Below are positions 20,297 to 30,148 of a stretch of 64,000 nt of DNA, piece after piece. The notes under the pieces are model-generated. The model did not search any database and was not told where the DNA came from. It saw nothing but the letters and a program-made list of their open reading frames with translations. The position numbers and the translations under genes are program-made. The DNA is taken from the NCBI GenBank assembly GCA_963755915.1, contig CAVWLP010000002.1, forward strand, positions 416,001 to 480,000, written 5' to 3'. Source of the DNA: an uncultured Phycisphaerales bacterium. GTDB lineage: Bacteria; Planctomycetota; Phycisphaerae; Tepidisphaerales; Tepidisphaeraceae. Every line of letters begins with the position of its first letter. Position 1 is the first letter of the stretch.

Positions 20297-21424
20297 CTAA
20301 TGCGCCGCCGCTCCCTGCGCTCCCTTGCCAACGACCAACCACCGCGCCGTCACATTGAACAGCAGCGACATGACGAGAAGAATCAGTGCAATCTCCAGAA
20401 GCGCCGACCGGTCCAAATCCTCCGCCTCCTGAAATTTGCTCGCCAGAAGGCTCGCCATCGTCTGCGCCCGCGAAAAAAACGATAGCGCCATGTGCGGGTT
20501 GTTACCGATCACCATCGTCACCGCCATCGTCTCTCCCGCTGCCCGCGCCAAGCCCAGCATGATTGCCCCGAACAATCCGCTTCGGCAGAAGCCCAGCATC
20601 TCCACCGCGCTCTGCCACCACGTTGCCCCCAGCGCCACCGTCCCCTCAAGCTGCGCCCGCGGCACATTATTCAAAATATCCCGGCTGATGGCCGTGATGA
20701 TCGGAATGATCATGATCCCCAGAATCAGCCCCCCGCACAGCATATCCAGCCCCGTGAGCAGATGCCGATGCCCCTGCTGATCCCAAAACAGCCACCCAAA
20801 TCCCCACACGCCCCCCAGCAAATGAAACGCCCCCGGCTCAACATAATTCCGCAGAAACGGCGCCAGCACGAACAGCCCCCATATCCCATACGCCAGGCTC
20901 GGAATCGCCGCCAGAAATTCGACCAGAAACGAAATTAGCGTCACCAGCCTCCGTGGCGCGATCCGCACCAGAAAAATCGCCGCCCCCAAACTCAGCGGAG
21001 CCGCGATCACCAGCGCCAGCCCCGAACTCACCACCGTCCCGTAAATCATCGGCAGCGCCCCAAACGACGGCGGAATCGTCTCCATCACCACGTTCCCGTC
21101 TTCATCCCGCATGGCTTTCCCGTTGGCATCCAGCCGCGGAACCTCCCGTTCGTTCGGATGCCAGCTCGTTCCGATGAGAAATTGAAATCCGTACCGCTTC
21201 ATGCTCGGCAGCGCCGCCACGATCAGCACCACCAGCAGCGCCCCCAGCATCAGCGCCACCGCCAGCCCCCCCGCCAGCGCCAAGCCGTGCATGATCAGAT
21301 CGACATGCAGCCACTGCCGCCGCTCACGCGTCAGCGGAGGATGGGGTGGGGCCTGATGGGCCGGCGGCCCCGAATCCGCCCCCGAACCCGTCCCGCCGAG
21401 ATTGGACACAGGAATATCCGACAT
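20297..21424 (-). CDS. pstC: Phosphate ABC transporter permease PstC
   Basis: FGALPMIYGT, VEFLAAIPS, ALGATWWQ, LARAAGETMAV; ATG at 21424 preceded by agaaag. Confidence 0.9.
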   Translation of the reverse strand: MSDIPVSNLGGTGSGADSGPPAHQAPPHPPLTRERRQWLHVDLIMHGLALAGGLAVALMLGALLVVLIVAALPSMKRYGFQFLIGTSWHPNEREVPRLDANGKAMRDEDGNVVMETIPPSFGALPMIYGTVVSSGLALVIAAPLSLGAAIFLVRIAPRRLVTLISFLVEFLAAIPSLAYGIWGLFVLAPFLRNYVEPGAFHLLGGVWGFGWLFWDQQGHRHLLTGLDMLCGGLILGIMIIPIITAISRDILNNVPRAQLEGTVALGATWWQSAVEMLGFCRSGLFGAIMLGLARAAGETMAVTMVIGNNPHMALSFFSRAQTMASLLASKFQEAEDLDRSALLEIALILLVMSLLFNVTARWLVVGKGAQGAAAH

Positions 21425-21428
21425 CTTT

Positions 21429-22453
21429 CTATTGCTGCGCCGCGCGCCGTTGAACGTCAGGCTCGCAATATTCGCCTGCGCTTTCTTCACCACCGCGTCC
21501 GGCAGGGGCGCATATTCGTGCTGGCTCGCCAGCTTCTGCCCGACCGTTTCCGCCCAGTTCAAAAACTTGATCAGCGCGGAAACTCGGGCCTTGTCCCCAA
21601 GATAACTCAAATCCCGATGCACCAGAATATAGGTGAACGAAGAAATCGGATACGCATCGGCCCCGTCCGCATTGAGAATATTCGCCGGAATCCGATCCGC
21701 CGCCGCGGCCGCCGACGTCACCGATGCCAGCGTCGGCTTGATAAAGTTCCCCGTTTTATTCCGCAGCAGCGCCATCGACACATCGTTCGCCAGCGCATAA
21801 TTCAGCTCCACATACCCAATCGCCCCCGGTATCCCTTTCACGATCGCCGTCACGCCATTGTTCGCCTCAGCCCCCTGCCCCACCGGCCACTCGACCGACT
21901 TCCCCTCCCCCACCTTCGCCGCGAATTCATCGCTCAGCCCCGTCAGATACGCGCTGAATACCGCATTCGTCCCGCTCCCGTCACTCCGATAAACCGGCGT
22001 AATCGCCTCGCTCGGCAACGCCACCCCCGGATTCAGCGCCACAATCTCCGGATCATTCCAGTCGGTAACCTTCCCCAAATAAATATCAACCAGCAGCGGC
22101 CCCGTCAGCTTCAGATCCGAACTCAGCCCCGGCAGGTTATAAGCCGCCACCACCGCCCCCGCACAAACCGGCACATACACCACGTCCCCCGCATCGGAGA
22201 ATTCCTTCTTCGAAAGCTTCACATCCGAGCCCGCAAAGTCCACGGTCTTATTGGTAATCGCCTTAATCCCCCCACCCGACCCGCTCCCCTGATAATCGAT
22301 CATGATGTCCGGATTGTCATCATGAAACCTTGAGATCCAAACATCATAAAGCGGCTTGGGAAACGTCGCCCCCTCCCCCTTCAGGCTCACGCTCCCCCAC
22401 AGCGAACCGCCGCAAACCCCCAGGAGAATCATTGTGATTAAAACGCGCCACAT
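21429..22453 (-). CDS. pstS: Phosphate ABC transporter substrate-binding protein PstS
   Basis: Signal peptide, GEGATFPKPLY, GSGSGGGI, DFAGSD, RSDGSGT, YPISSFTY; reads through into pstC in the given sequence, probably from a 1-nt loss. Confidence 0.9.
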
Positions 22454-22667
22454 AACTCTCCCACTGTCCCTCCCGGAACGCCCACGGACTTCGGTGAGCG
22501 CAGTCGAACCGCGCCGCCGTGGGGTATTTCAAATACTCTTACTATCAAATTCTTTGCGTTTTCGCTCCCACAACAAAAAAAATCCCCCGAATTCCCAAAA
22601 ATAGGTCCAAAACGTACACCCTTTGGACCTGTATATAGACGCGTACTATTTTTTCCTGCGCCTCCTC

Positions 22668-22740
22668 CAATTCGGCAATCGGCAATCGGCATTAAAGGAG
22701 AGCCCCCATGTCCACCCCTCTCAAATCTGAAATCTCAAAT
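22668..22740. repeat. Heptamer tandem repeats (AATCGGC)n and (TCTCAAA/TCTGAAA)n
   Basis: caattcggcaatcggcaatcggcatt and tctcaaatctgaaatctcaaat; the first recurs inverted at 62967-62999. Confidence 0.7.
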
Positions 22741-22860
22741 CCCCAGGCCCGGGAAAAAATCTCACCGATGAATCCCGGGCAAAATCGGGCATTTTCGGAC
22801 ATCCCGCCCTGGCGCGCCACCAAAAACGGCCCAGCGATTGACCAATCCCGAATCCTCCTT

Positions 22861-23583
22861 TCAAAAAAGCCCCAAATTCCCAATCGCCATGAAGTTATAA
22901 ACGGCGTGGGCAATCGAGATCGGCGCTAATCGGCGGAAAATGCAAAAAACAACCGCTTCAATTACACCAAATAATGAAACCATGATTACGCCGGCCTGTC
23001 CCTCATACCCGTGATAGAAAATAAACAGCAGGGTGCTCAGCAGAAAAGCGACCCGCGTTGAATCAAACAACTCTTCGAATCGCACGATGAGATATGCTCG
23101 CATCAAAAGTTCCTGAAAAAATCCGCTGGCAGCGCACATAACCGCCAGCATTGCGAACTGCATCGCGCCAGAAGGAGGCAAGTAATTTAGCGGGCCAGCA
23201 GAGTGCGCCAACTCGAAGTACCTGTTGGGATCCAAAATGAGGCGAAGACTCAACCACAATGCTCTAGTCGCAATACGCACAATCAGCCAAATCAGGATAC
23301 CCCCGAAAATGTCGCGCCCCGCTTTGAACGGCTTAAGTCCGAACCGGCTGAATGGATCCCCGGACCGCCAGATGACGAACAAGACCAAAGCGCTCTGCGA
23401 AATGTGGCGAAGCGTATATGTCAAAAACTCATTGGTAAACGGGATCAGACGTCTTCTGTCGATGAGCCCCAGAACGTCCAGCTCACTCGTAAGAATGAGC
23501 GGCACGACGCAGACAAATACAACCACCGCAGTTTCAATCCAGAGATATGCCGTGCGACGATCAGCCGACGCAGATTCCGTCAT
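22861..23583 (-). CDS. CPBP (CAAX/Abi) family intramembrane protease-like protein
   Basis: FFQELLMRAYL (EExxxR variant), FIFYHGY, AHAVYN; multiple TMs. Confidence 0.8.
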   Translation of the reverse strand: MTESASADRRTAYLWIETAVVVFVCVVPLILTSELDVLGLIDRRRLIPFTNEFLTYTLRHISQSALVLFVIWRSGDPFSRFGLKPFKAGRDIFGGILIWLIVRIATRALWLSLRLILDPNRYFELAHSAGPLNYLPPSGAMQFAMLAVMCAASGFFQELLMRAYLIVRFEELFDSTRVAFLLSTLLFIFYHGYEGQAGVIMVSLFGVIEAVVFCIFRRLAPISIAHAVYNFMAIGNLGLF

Positions 23584-23632
23584 AAGGATTTCCCCAGACG
23601 ATCAAAAACGGATGCCGTTCCGTTCCACTCCC

Positions 23633-24868
23633 CTATTCCTTCTCCACCAGCTTAATCGAATCCTGCACGATTTTGAGCTGCGCTTCATCCTCCTCATCCC
23701 AAATCCGCCCCCGGCGCGAGTAAACCTGCTTCATCACCTCTCGCGCCTTCTCCAGGTTGTACGGCTTCGCCCCCGCGTCCGTCCAGAACGTAAAGCTTGG
23801 GATAAACCGCGGCGGCAAATCGCTCCCCGCCAGCAGCGAGCAGAACCCGATATAGCTACCCGTCATCAGCCGCGATCCGATCGCCACCTTCGTATGATCC
23901 CCAATCATCGACCCCAAAAACCTCCGATCGGTCTCGATCTGCTTGGCTCCGATGTGCATCTTGATCGGCCCATAGGTGTTCTTCAGATTGCTCGTCGTCG
24001 TCCCCGCCCCCAGGTTCACCCACTGCCCGATATAACTGTGCCCCACAAACCCTTCGTGCGGCTTGTTGCTGAATCCCAGGAAAATGCTCGTCGCGACTTC
24101 TCCGCCTACCTTGCACATCGGCCCAATGCTCGTCCCCAAATGAATGTGCGACAGCGGCGAAATGCTCGAATATTTCCCCACGTAAACCGGCCCCTGCAAA
24201 ACGCTGTTCGCCCCGATCGACGCACCCGCGTCAATCACAATCGGCCCCCGGCTCGCGTCCAGCACCACCCCAGGCTGAATCCGCGCCGTCGGATTCATGA
24301 TGATGTCCTGCTCCCCGATCACCTGGCACCGGCAATCCGCCGGCACCCGCGGGCGCTCCTTCATCTGGCTCGCATCCGCAACAATCGACTCCTCGTTCCA
24401 GTGCACGATATCCCACAAATATTCCGGCAACCGCGCCTGATCCGGCGACTGCGGCAAGTTCAGCAGCTCCAGCCAGCGATCCGTCCGGTTCATCGCGTCC
24501 GACCAGTTGAGCCCCGGCATCTTCGCGTACGCCTGCCGGATCAGATTCGCATCGTCCGACGAAACCATCGGATCCGTCGGCCTGGGAAATGCCCCGAAAT
24601 GCAGCGTCCGCCCGCTAACGATAAACGCCGGCTCGTCGTCTAGCGGAACATTGATCGCCACCGGCACCGAAACCGAAGGCGCCACATGCTTGCGACAATA
24701 ATCGACCATCTCCGGCCGAACCCAAAGCGTCACCCGCAGCGGCCGAATGTGCTGAATCTGCTTCTCAAGAAGTGTGCTCGTCCCGCTCAGCAGCGTGAAC
24801 ACCGGGCGATTCAGCGAAAGCGGCGCCATGGTAAACCATTTCGACGCCTCAAAAATCACCAGATGCAT
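23633..24868 (-). CDS. GlmU-like putative sugar nucleotidyltransferase with hexapeptide-repeat C-terminus
   Basis: MHLVIFE..PLSLNRPVFTL; GPIVID, CKVGGEV, SNKPHEGFVGHSYIGQWVNLGAGTTTSNLKNTY. Confidence 0.85.
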   Translation of the reverse strand: MHLVIFEASKWFTMAPLSLNRPVFTLLSGTSTLLEKQIQHIRPLRVTLWVRPEMVDYCRKHVAPSVSVPVAINVPLDDEPAFIVSGRTLHFGAFPRPTDPMVSSDDANLIRQAYAKMPGLNWSDAMNRTDRWLELLNLPQSPDQARLPEYLWDIVHWNEESIVADASQMKERPRVPADCRCQVIGEQDIIMNPTARIQPGVVLDASRGPIVIDAGASIGANSVLQGPVYVGKYSSISPLSHIHLGTSIGPMCKVGGEVATSIFLGFSNKPHEGFVGHSYIGQWVNLGAGTTTSNLKNTYGPIKMHIGAKQIETDRRFLGSMIGDHTKVAIGSRLMTGSYIGFCSLLAGSDLPPRFIPSFTFWTDAGAKPYNLEKAREVMKQVYSRRGRIWDEEDEAQLKIVQDSIKLVEKE

Positions 24869-24934
24869 AAATGCATAATACCAAGATTGAGATTCAGTTG
24901 AACGCGGAGACTGGGATTGCCGCAACCGAGCGGA

Positions 24935-25132
24935 TTAGGGCTTTTCCGACGAAGCCGAAAGCGCTATCGGAAGCGAAGAATTCTGATGTGAATTTGAAGC
25001 GACTGAGGCGGCCGACGCCGCACTCCGGGCCGAGCTATTATCCCCATGCGACATCAGCACCCCCATGCTGATCACAAACACCGCCGCCACCGAGAGAAGC
25101 CCAATTTGAGCCATGCGCCTTTGTGAAATCAT
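24935..25132 (-). CDS. Small hypothetical protein with one TM/signal segment and Ser/Ala tail
   Basis: RBS gaggag upstream; hydrophobic IGLLSVAAVFVISMGVLM. Confidence 0.5.
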   Translation of the reverse strand: MISQRRMAQIGLLSVAAVFVISMGVLMSHGDNSSARSAASAASVASNSHQNSSLPIALSASSEKP

Positions 25133-25288
25133 TGCTCCTCACTCCAAACCATTGATATTTCACAAGTTAGGCGGGAAATGTGCCCGGAGCGTGTCGCCCG
25201 GTAGATATCTCGCCCTACCTCTATTCTCTATATCCCAAAATCTCCGAAACGCAACAGAAACCTTAAGATTGTCTTGATTAAACTTTCG

Positions 25289-26233
25289 CTAAAAGCTTGC
25301 AGTTTTTGACCGTATGTCCACGAGTCTGACGAGATCATAAAGCATTTCCATAAAAGGTGTTACAACGCCATTTATTCGGGCAACCTCCAGCGGCTTCCCG
25401 ACAATTGCTTCGATCTCCAGCGCCCGGCCCATCTGCCGGTCAACCTGCATGCTCGTCTTATACGCCCCCATTGTTTGCGTATGGCGAATCTTCTCTTCAG
25501 GTACGTCTAAATCGAACCGCACGTTCAATGGCCGGCAGGCCGCGATCACTTCCCCCATGATCCCGCGAACCAGCCTCAGCCCTACCTCCGACTCGATGAT
25601 CCGGTCCGTCGTCAAATCCAGCGCCGCACCCAGCCCATTAAAGGGAATGTTCCAGATCAGCTTGTCCCACCGGCCAAACGTGAGATTGTCCAAAACCTCG
25701 CAGGGAACCTTGCTGCTGGAAAACAACTCTGCAATCTTCCCCGCGCGCACCGACGGTCCGCCGCGCATTTCACCGATTCGAATCAATCCATGATCCGTAT
25801 GCGAAATCTCCCCCGGCCCCGTTCGATTGATGCAGACAAACGCCATCCCCCCGAGAACGCGCTCGGCCCCAAAAAGCTCGCCAAGAATCTCCTCATTCCC
25901 CAACCCATTTTGCAGCGTGAGAATCACCGAATCCCCCTTCACCACCGGCCCCACCAGCTCCTTCAGCCGATGGTTCGCCGTCGTCTTCAGCGTCACGATC
26001 ACCAGGTCCGCCTTGGGCATCTCCCGCGCATCGTCATGAACATTCACCCGCCCCGGCTCCAGAAAAAAATCCCCATCGCTGCTCCGAACCCGCATCCCCG
26101 CCTTCCTGATATGCCCGCAATCGCTAGGCGTAAACAGGTGCACCCGGTGTCCATGCTCAATCAGCCGCGCGCCGTAATATCCCCCCACCGCTCCCGCGCC
26201 GATGACGGCGATGATCGGATCATCCGGAATCAT
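25289..26233 (-). CDS. panE: 2-dehydropantoate 2-reductase family
   Basis: IGAGAVGGYYG, LQNGLGNEE, WDKLIWNIPFNGL, TSMQVD...LEIEAI. Confidence 0.88.
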   Translation of the reverse strand: MIPDDPIIAVIGAGAVGGYYGARLIEHGHRVHLFTPSDCGHIRKAGMRVRSSDGDFFLEPGRVNVHDDAREMPKADLVIVTLKTTANHRLKELVGPVVKGDSVILTLQNGLGNEEILGELFGAERVLGGMAFVCINRTGPGEISHTDHGLIRIGEMRGGPSVRAGKIAELFSSSKVPCEVLDNLTFGRWDKLIWNIPFNGLGAALDLTTDRIIESEVGLRLVRGIMGEVIAACRPLNVRFDLDVPEEKIRHTQTMGAYKTSMQVDRQMGRALEIEAIVGKPLEVARINGVVTPFMEMLYDLVRLVDIRSKTASF

Positions 26234-27757
26234 TTCGCCTCGACGATCGCCCGAACCAACCCGTCAATATTAAACGTCTTCGCCTCAACTGCCGGCGTCA
26301 AACCCGCCTCGCGCAGCGACGAAGTCGTGATCGGCCCGATGCTCGCCAGCTTGATGCGCCCAGCGCCCCGCGGTTCGCTTCCCCCATGAGATTCACAAAA
26401 TTCCGCACTGTGCTGCTGCTGCTGAATGTGATCCAATTGACCTTGCCTGTCACGAGCGATTCGATCAATCCGGCCGGAAATTCCGTCGCCGTTCGCGTTT
26501 CGTAGATAGCAACATCCCTCACTTCCGCGGCGCCCGCTTCGATCAGCCGCTGCCGTAGCAGCGGCCGCGCGATATCCGCCCGCAAGAGCAAAAACCTTCG
26601 CCCCGCCACTTCATCCCGCCCTGCAAGTTCGTCCGCCAGCGCCTCCGCCACGAATGCTTTCGGACACAAATCGACTCTCAGGCACAGCTCCCGCTCGATC
26701 GCCTCCGCGGTCGCCTGCCCAATCGCCGCCAGCTTCGCTTTCCCAAAAACCCGCGCATCCTGCCCCATTGCCGCCAGACGCCGCCACGCCGCCGCCACGC
26801 CGTTAACGCTGGTAAAACAGACCCAGTCGAATTCCCCCGCATCCTTCAGCGCCGAATCGATCTCGCGCCAATCCGCCGGCTCATGGAGTTCAATCGTCGG
26901 CGCCTCGATCACGTTCGCCCCCAGCTCTTCGAGCCTCGCCGAGATCTCGCTCGCCTGGTGCCGCGAGCGCGTCACCACGATCGTCTGCCCAAACAGCGGC
27001 CGCTTCTCTACCCACGCCAGCGTTTCCCGGAGCTGTACGACTTTCCCGATAATCGTCATCGCCGGCGCCCGCAATCCCGCGGCCGCAATATCCTCAGCAA
27101 GCTTTCCGAGCGTCGAGACCACGGTCCGCTGCTCCGGCATCGTCCCCCACTGAATCGTCGCCGCCGGCATTTGCGGCGACATCCCATTCTCAATCAGCCG
27201 GCTGCAAATCCGCGGCAGCGATTTCACCCCCATGTAAAACGCCACGCAAGGAAGCTTCGCGATCGCCTCCCACGCAATATCCGCCGCCGGCTCCCCATCC
27301 TCCCGCTCGTGCCCCGTAAGCAGCGTAAAGCTCGAATTGAAATCCCGATGCGTCACCGGAATCCCCGCGTATGCCGGCGCGGCAATCGCCGCCGTCACTC
27401 CCGGCACCACCTCAAACGCCACCCCGGCGTCCACCATCGCCTGGCATTCCTCCCCCCGCGCCCGAAGACAAACGGATCTCCCCCCTTCAGCCGCACCACG
27501 CGTTTCCCCGCCCGCGCCTTCTCAACCAGCAGCGCGTTAATCTGTTCCTGCGGCATCGAATGATCCGCCGCCTTCTTCCCCACATAAATCACTTCCGCCC
27601 GGGGGCAATAACTAAGCAGTTTTGGATTAGACAGGTAGTCATAGACCACTACGTCCGCCTGTTCCAATAATTTCGCCCCGCGCACAGTGATAAGGCCGGG
27701 ATCGCCGGGACCGGCGCCCACGAGAAAAACAATTCCCTGGTAAAGCGGCGTGCTCAT
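26230..27757 (-). CDS. cobA: Uroporphyrinogen-III C-methyltransferase / synthase fusion (CobA-HemD), frameshifts near 27455 and 26360
   Basis: [60 protein letters not shown]. Confidence 0.9.
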
Positions 27758-27892
27758 GTGTTTGGAAAATCGATTAGCAAGATGGATAACCTTTTCCGAC
27801 TTTCTGGTCGATGTCTCTAAAGGATATTTGATGCCGACGCGTCAGGCCAGTTGCCGCGGCGAGGAATCAAAGTCTTTACAGGAGCTTCGCAC

Positions 27893-28240
27893 ATGGTCGC
27901 ACTGATGAAGATGCCCGCCAGTCTGCCGACGGAGTCGTGGGAAGACCGGCGCATGTTCCCCCGTAAGGAAATTCAAGCCACCATCGAGGGCCGGCGAATC
28001 GACCACACCCTTGACGCCAGGCAGATGCCCAAGCTCAACCTCATGCTCCGGGACCTCTCCCTCGGCGGCCTCTCGGCAATTTCCGATCATCCCCTCAACA
28101 CCGGAGAGCACATCACCGTCTTCTTCCCCAAGCTGGGCCTCCAGCGCGGCTGGGACGCCCTCGGCCGCGTCCTCCGCTGCGACCCCAGCGGCATGGGATA
28201 CCGCGTCGCGGTGGCCTTTGACACCCTGCCGGCAGCCTAG
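27893..28240 (+). CDS. PilZ domain protein
   Basis: RxxxR (DRRMFPR) and DxSxxG (DLSLGG) motifs. Confidence 0.82.
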   Translation: MVALMKMPASLPTESWEDRRMFPRKEIQATIEGRRIDHTLDARQMPKLNLMLRDLSLGGLSAISDHPLNTGEHITVFFPKLGLQRGWDALGRVLRCDPSGMGYRVAVAFDTLPAA

Positions 28241-28261
28241 AGAATTCCTGCGACACTATTC

Positions 28262-28963
28262 CTAAGGCTCGCTATTGGCCAGGTGCTGTACCGTTGCCTC
28301 AACTGATCCGTTGTTGTCGTAGATCCACCAATCGGCCATCTCCAGTTCAAGCGGACCGTCTTCCTGGGCAACAAAGTCGCACTTGGAACCGACCATGAAC
28401 GGATACTTGTGGTTGACGCGGGCTTCCAGATACCACTCCAGATTACCCTGGTGATCGCCGTCCGGAAGGACCATTCCATCGGGCCCGCAAACCAGTGTTT
28501 TCTTATTGGCGTCGGTCCCGCCGCTCCACTGTCCCTGGGCCGTCACCCGATACCGTTCTCCCTTCTTCAGCATCACCGTCATCGTCCAGCGCAGATTGGC
28601 GAAGACGACAAATGTCTGCGCAGCTTCCGGCTGCGCGACCGCAGATGAATTCATCAGTCCGAGCAGCGCCTCCTTATGATGCTTCAGCGTGTCATTGGCA
28701 TCCTGCTGGAGGAGTTTGATACGGTTCGCCTCGTCGAGGTTGGCGACGTTCATGGCGATTTTCATGGCGCGGTCCAATTCCGCGATCTCCCTCTGATCGG
28801 CATCGAGTATTGTCCGGTAAAAGCTCTGCCGCGCCGCGAGGCACGCTTGGTTGTAATGCAACAGGGCATCTTGACCAGCCGGCATCTGCGGCGAGTCGGA
28901 AACCGTGGAATCATCCGCCAGACAAACTGCATATGCCATTAGTATGATTGCGACTCTCCACAT
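28262..28963 (-). CDS. Secreted protein: helical N-domain plus C-terminal LecA/PA-IL-like jelly-roll domain
   Basis: Signal peptide MWRVAIILMAYAVCLA; LKKGERYRVTAQGQW..GPDG..FMVGS..GPLELEMAD..DNNGSVEATV. Confidence 0.55.
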   Translation of the reverse strand: MWRVAIILMAYAVCLADDSTVSDSPQMPAGQDALLHYNQACLAARQSFYRTILDADQREIAELDRAMKIAMNVANLDEANRIKLLQQDANDTLKHHKEALLGLMNSSAVAQPEAAQTFVVFANLRWTMTVMLKKGERYRVTAQGQWSGGTDANKKTLVCGPDGMVLPDGDHQGNLEWYLEARVNHKYPFMVGSKCDFVAQEDGPLELEMADWWIYDNNGSVEATVQHLANSEP

Positions 28964-29083
28964 AGGCTGTCTCCGTTCGTTCCCGACGTTGCGGGGCCGC
29001 GGCGGCTGTAATCGAAAGCGGACAGGATAACCCAAACACGGCCGTTTCCCATTGGGCGCGTTTAGCCTTATTCTGCCCGGTCC

Positions 29084-30036
29084 ATGAAGACCGCCGGGCA
29101 GGATTTCAATCCTGATGATTTCCAGATGTCCATCGGCGATCACCTGGAGGAATTGCGCTATCGCATCCTCCTCGGCCTTGCCGGACTGATTCCCGCGGCC
29201 CTCATCTGCCTCCTCTTCGGCCGCTGGTTGCTGGGGTTCCTCTGCCGGCCTCTCCTGCAAGCCCTTCAGCACTATGACATCAATCCGCAACTCTCCTCGC
29301 TGGAGATTTCCGATGCCTTCATGGTTTACATGAAAGTAAGCCTGATCGCCGCCACGGCGATTGCCGGGCCGTGGATCGTCTACCAGCTCTGGCTCTTCGT
29401 CAGCGCGGGGCTCTATCCGCGCGAGCGGAAATACATCACGAAATACATTCCGCTCAGCCTCGTGCTGCTGACGTGCGGGATGCTCTTTGTTTATTACGTG
29501 GTCCTCCCCTTCTCGCTGCAATTCTTCATCGCCTTCACGGCCGACTTTCCGCTGCAGTTGCCCGATGTCACCAGCGCCGCCCGCGCCCATCTACCACGCA
29601 GCCCAGCTACATACAGGCCGTCGCCGGGAATCCTGCCCATCCCGCCGAATTTCAAGAGTGGTTCGATACGCGTCAGCACCGCTTGAAATTTTTCACGGGG
29701 GGAAACGTACGCGTGATCCCCTTCGGCCCGGACAACCTGCTGGCGACTTCCTTCACCCTGCCGGACTATCTCGATCTGGTTTTGCAGTTGCTGCTGACGT
29801 TCGGTCTGGCGTTTCAGTTGCCAATCGTTGTGATGGCGCTGGCCCGCGTGGGACTTGTGGAAATTGACACCTTGCGCCGCTGGCGCAGGTATGTCTATTT
29901 AGGTCTTTCCATGCTTGCCGCGGCCTTGGCACCGGGGGACGTGGTCACGGCAACGATTGCGCTGCTGATCCCACTTATTCTCCTGTATGAATTAGGGATT
30001 TTCCTCGCGAAAATGGGCCGGAAAGCCGACGCGTAG
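29084..30036 (+). CDS. tatC: Twin-arginine translocase subunit TatC, frameshift near 29590
   Basis: MSIGDHLEELRYR, YQLWLFVSAGLYPRE, FGLAFQLP, PGDV, LYELG. Confidence 0.92.
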
Positions 30037-30148
30037 TCGCTTTACCCCCGTCAAATAATTCCCTCCATTTGTAACGCTCCCTCATTGCACTTCCCCGCGC
30101 AATCGGGTAAAATACCCTCGATTCGATTTCCTATCTTCGGAGGTTTTT

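Noticed and set aside
20297..22453. Apparent PstS-PstC fusion (718-aa ORF)
   Set aside because: Restoring one base at about 21440 gives ...NGAAAQQ-TAG followed by agaaag-ATG for pstC; given the window-wide indel rate the fusion is most likely an artefact
22454..22670. Pho box upstream of pstS
   Set aside because: No convincing CTGTCAT-type 11-bp-spaced repeat could be read on either strand
26230..27757. CobA-HemD fusion
   Set aside because: Well-known fusion in many bacteria; not unusual
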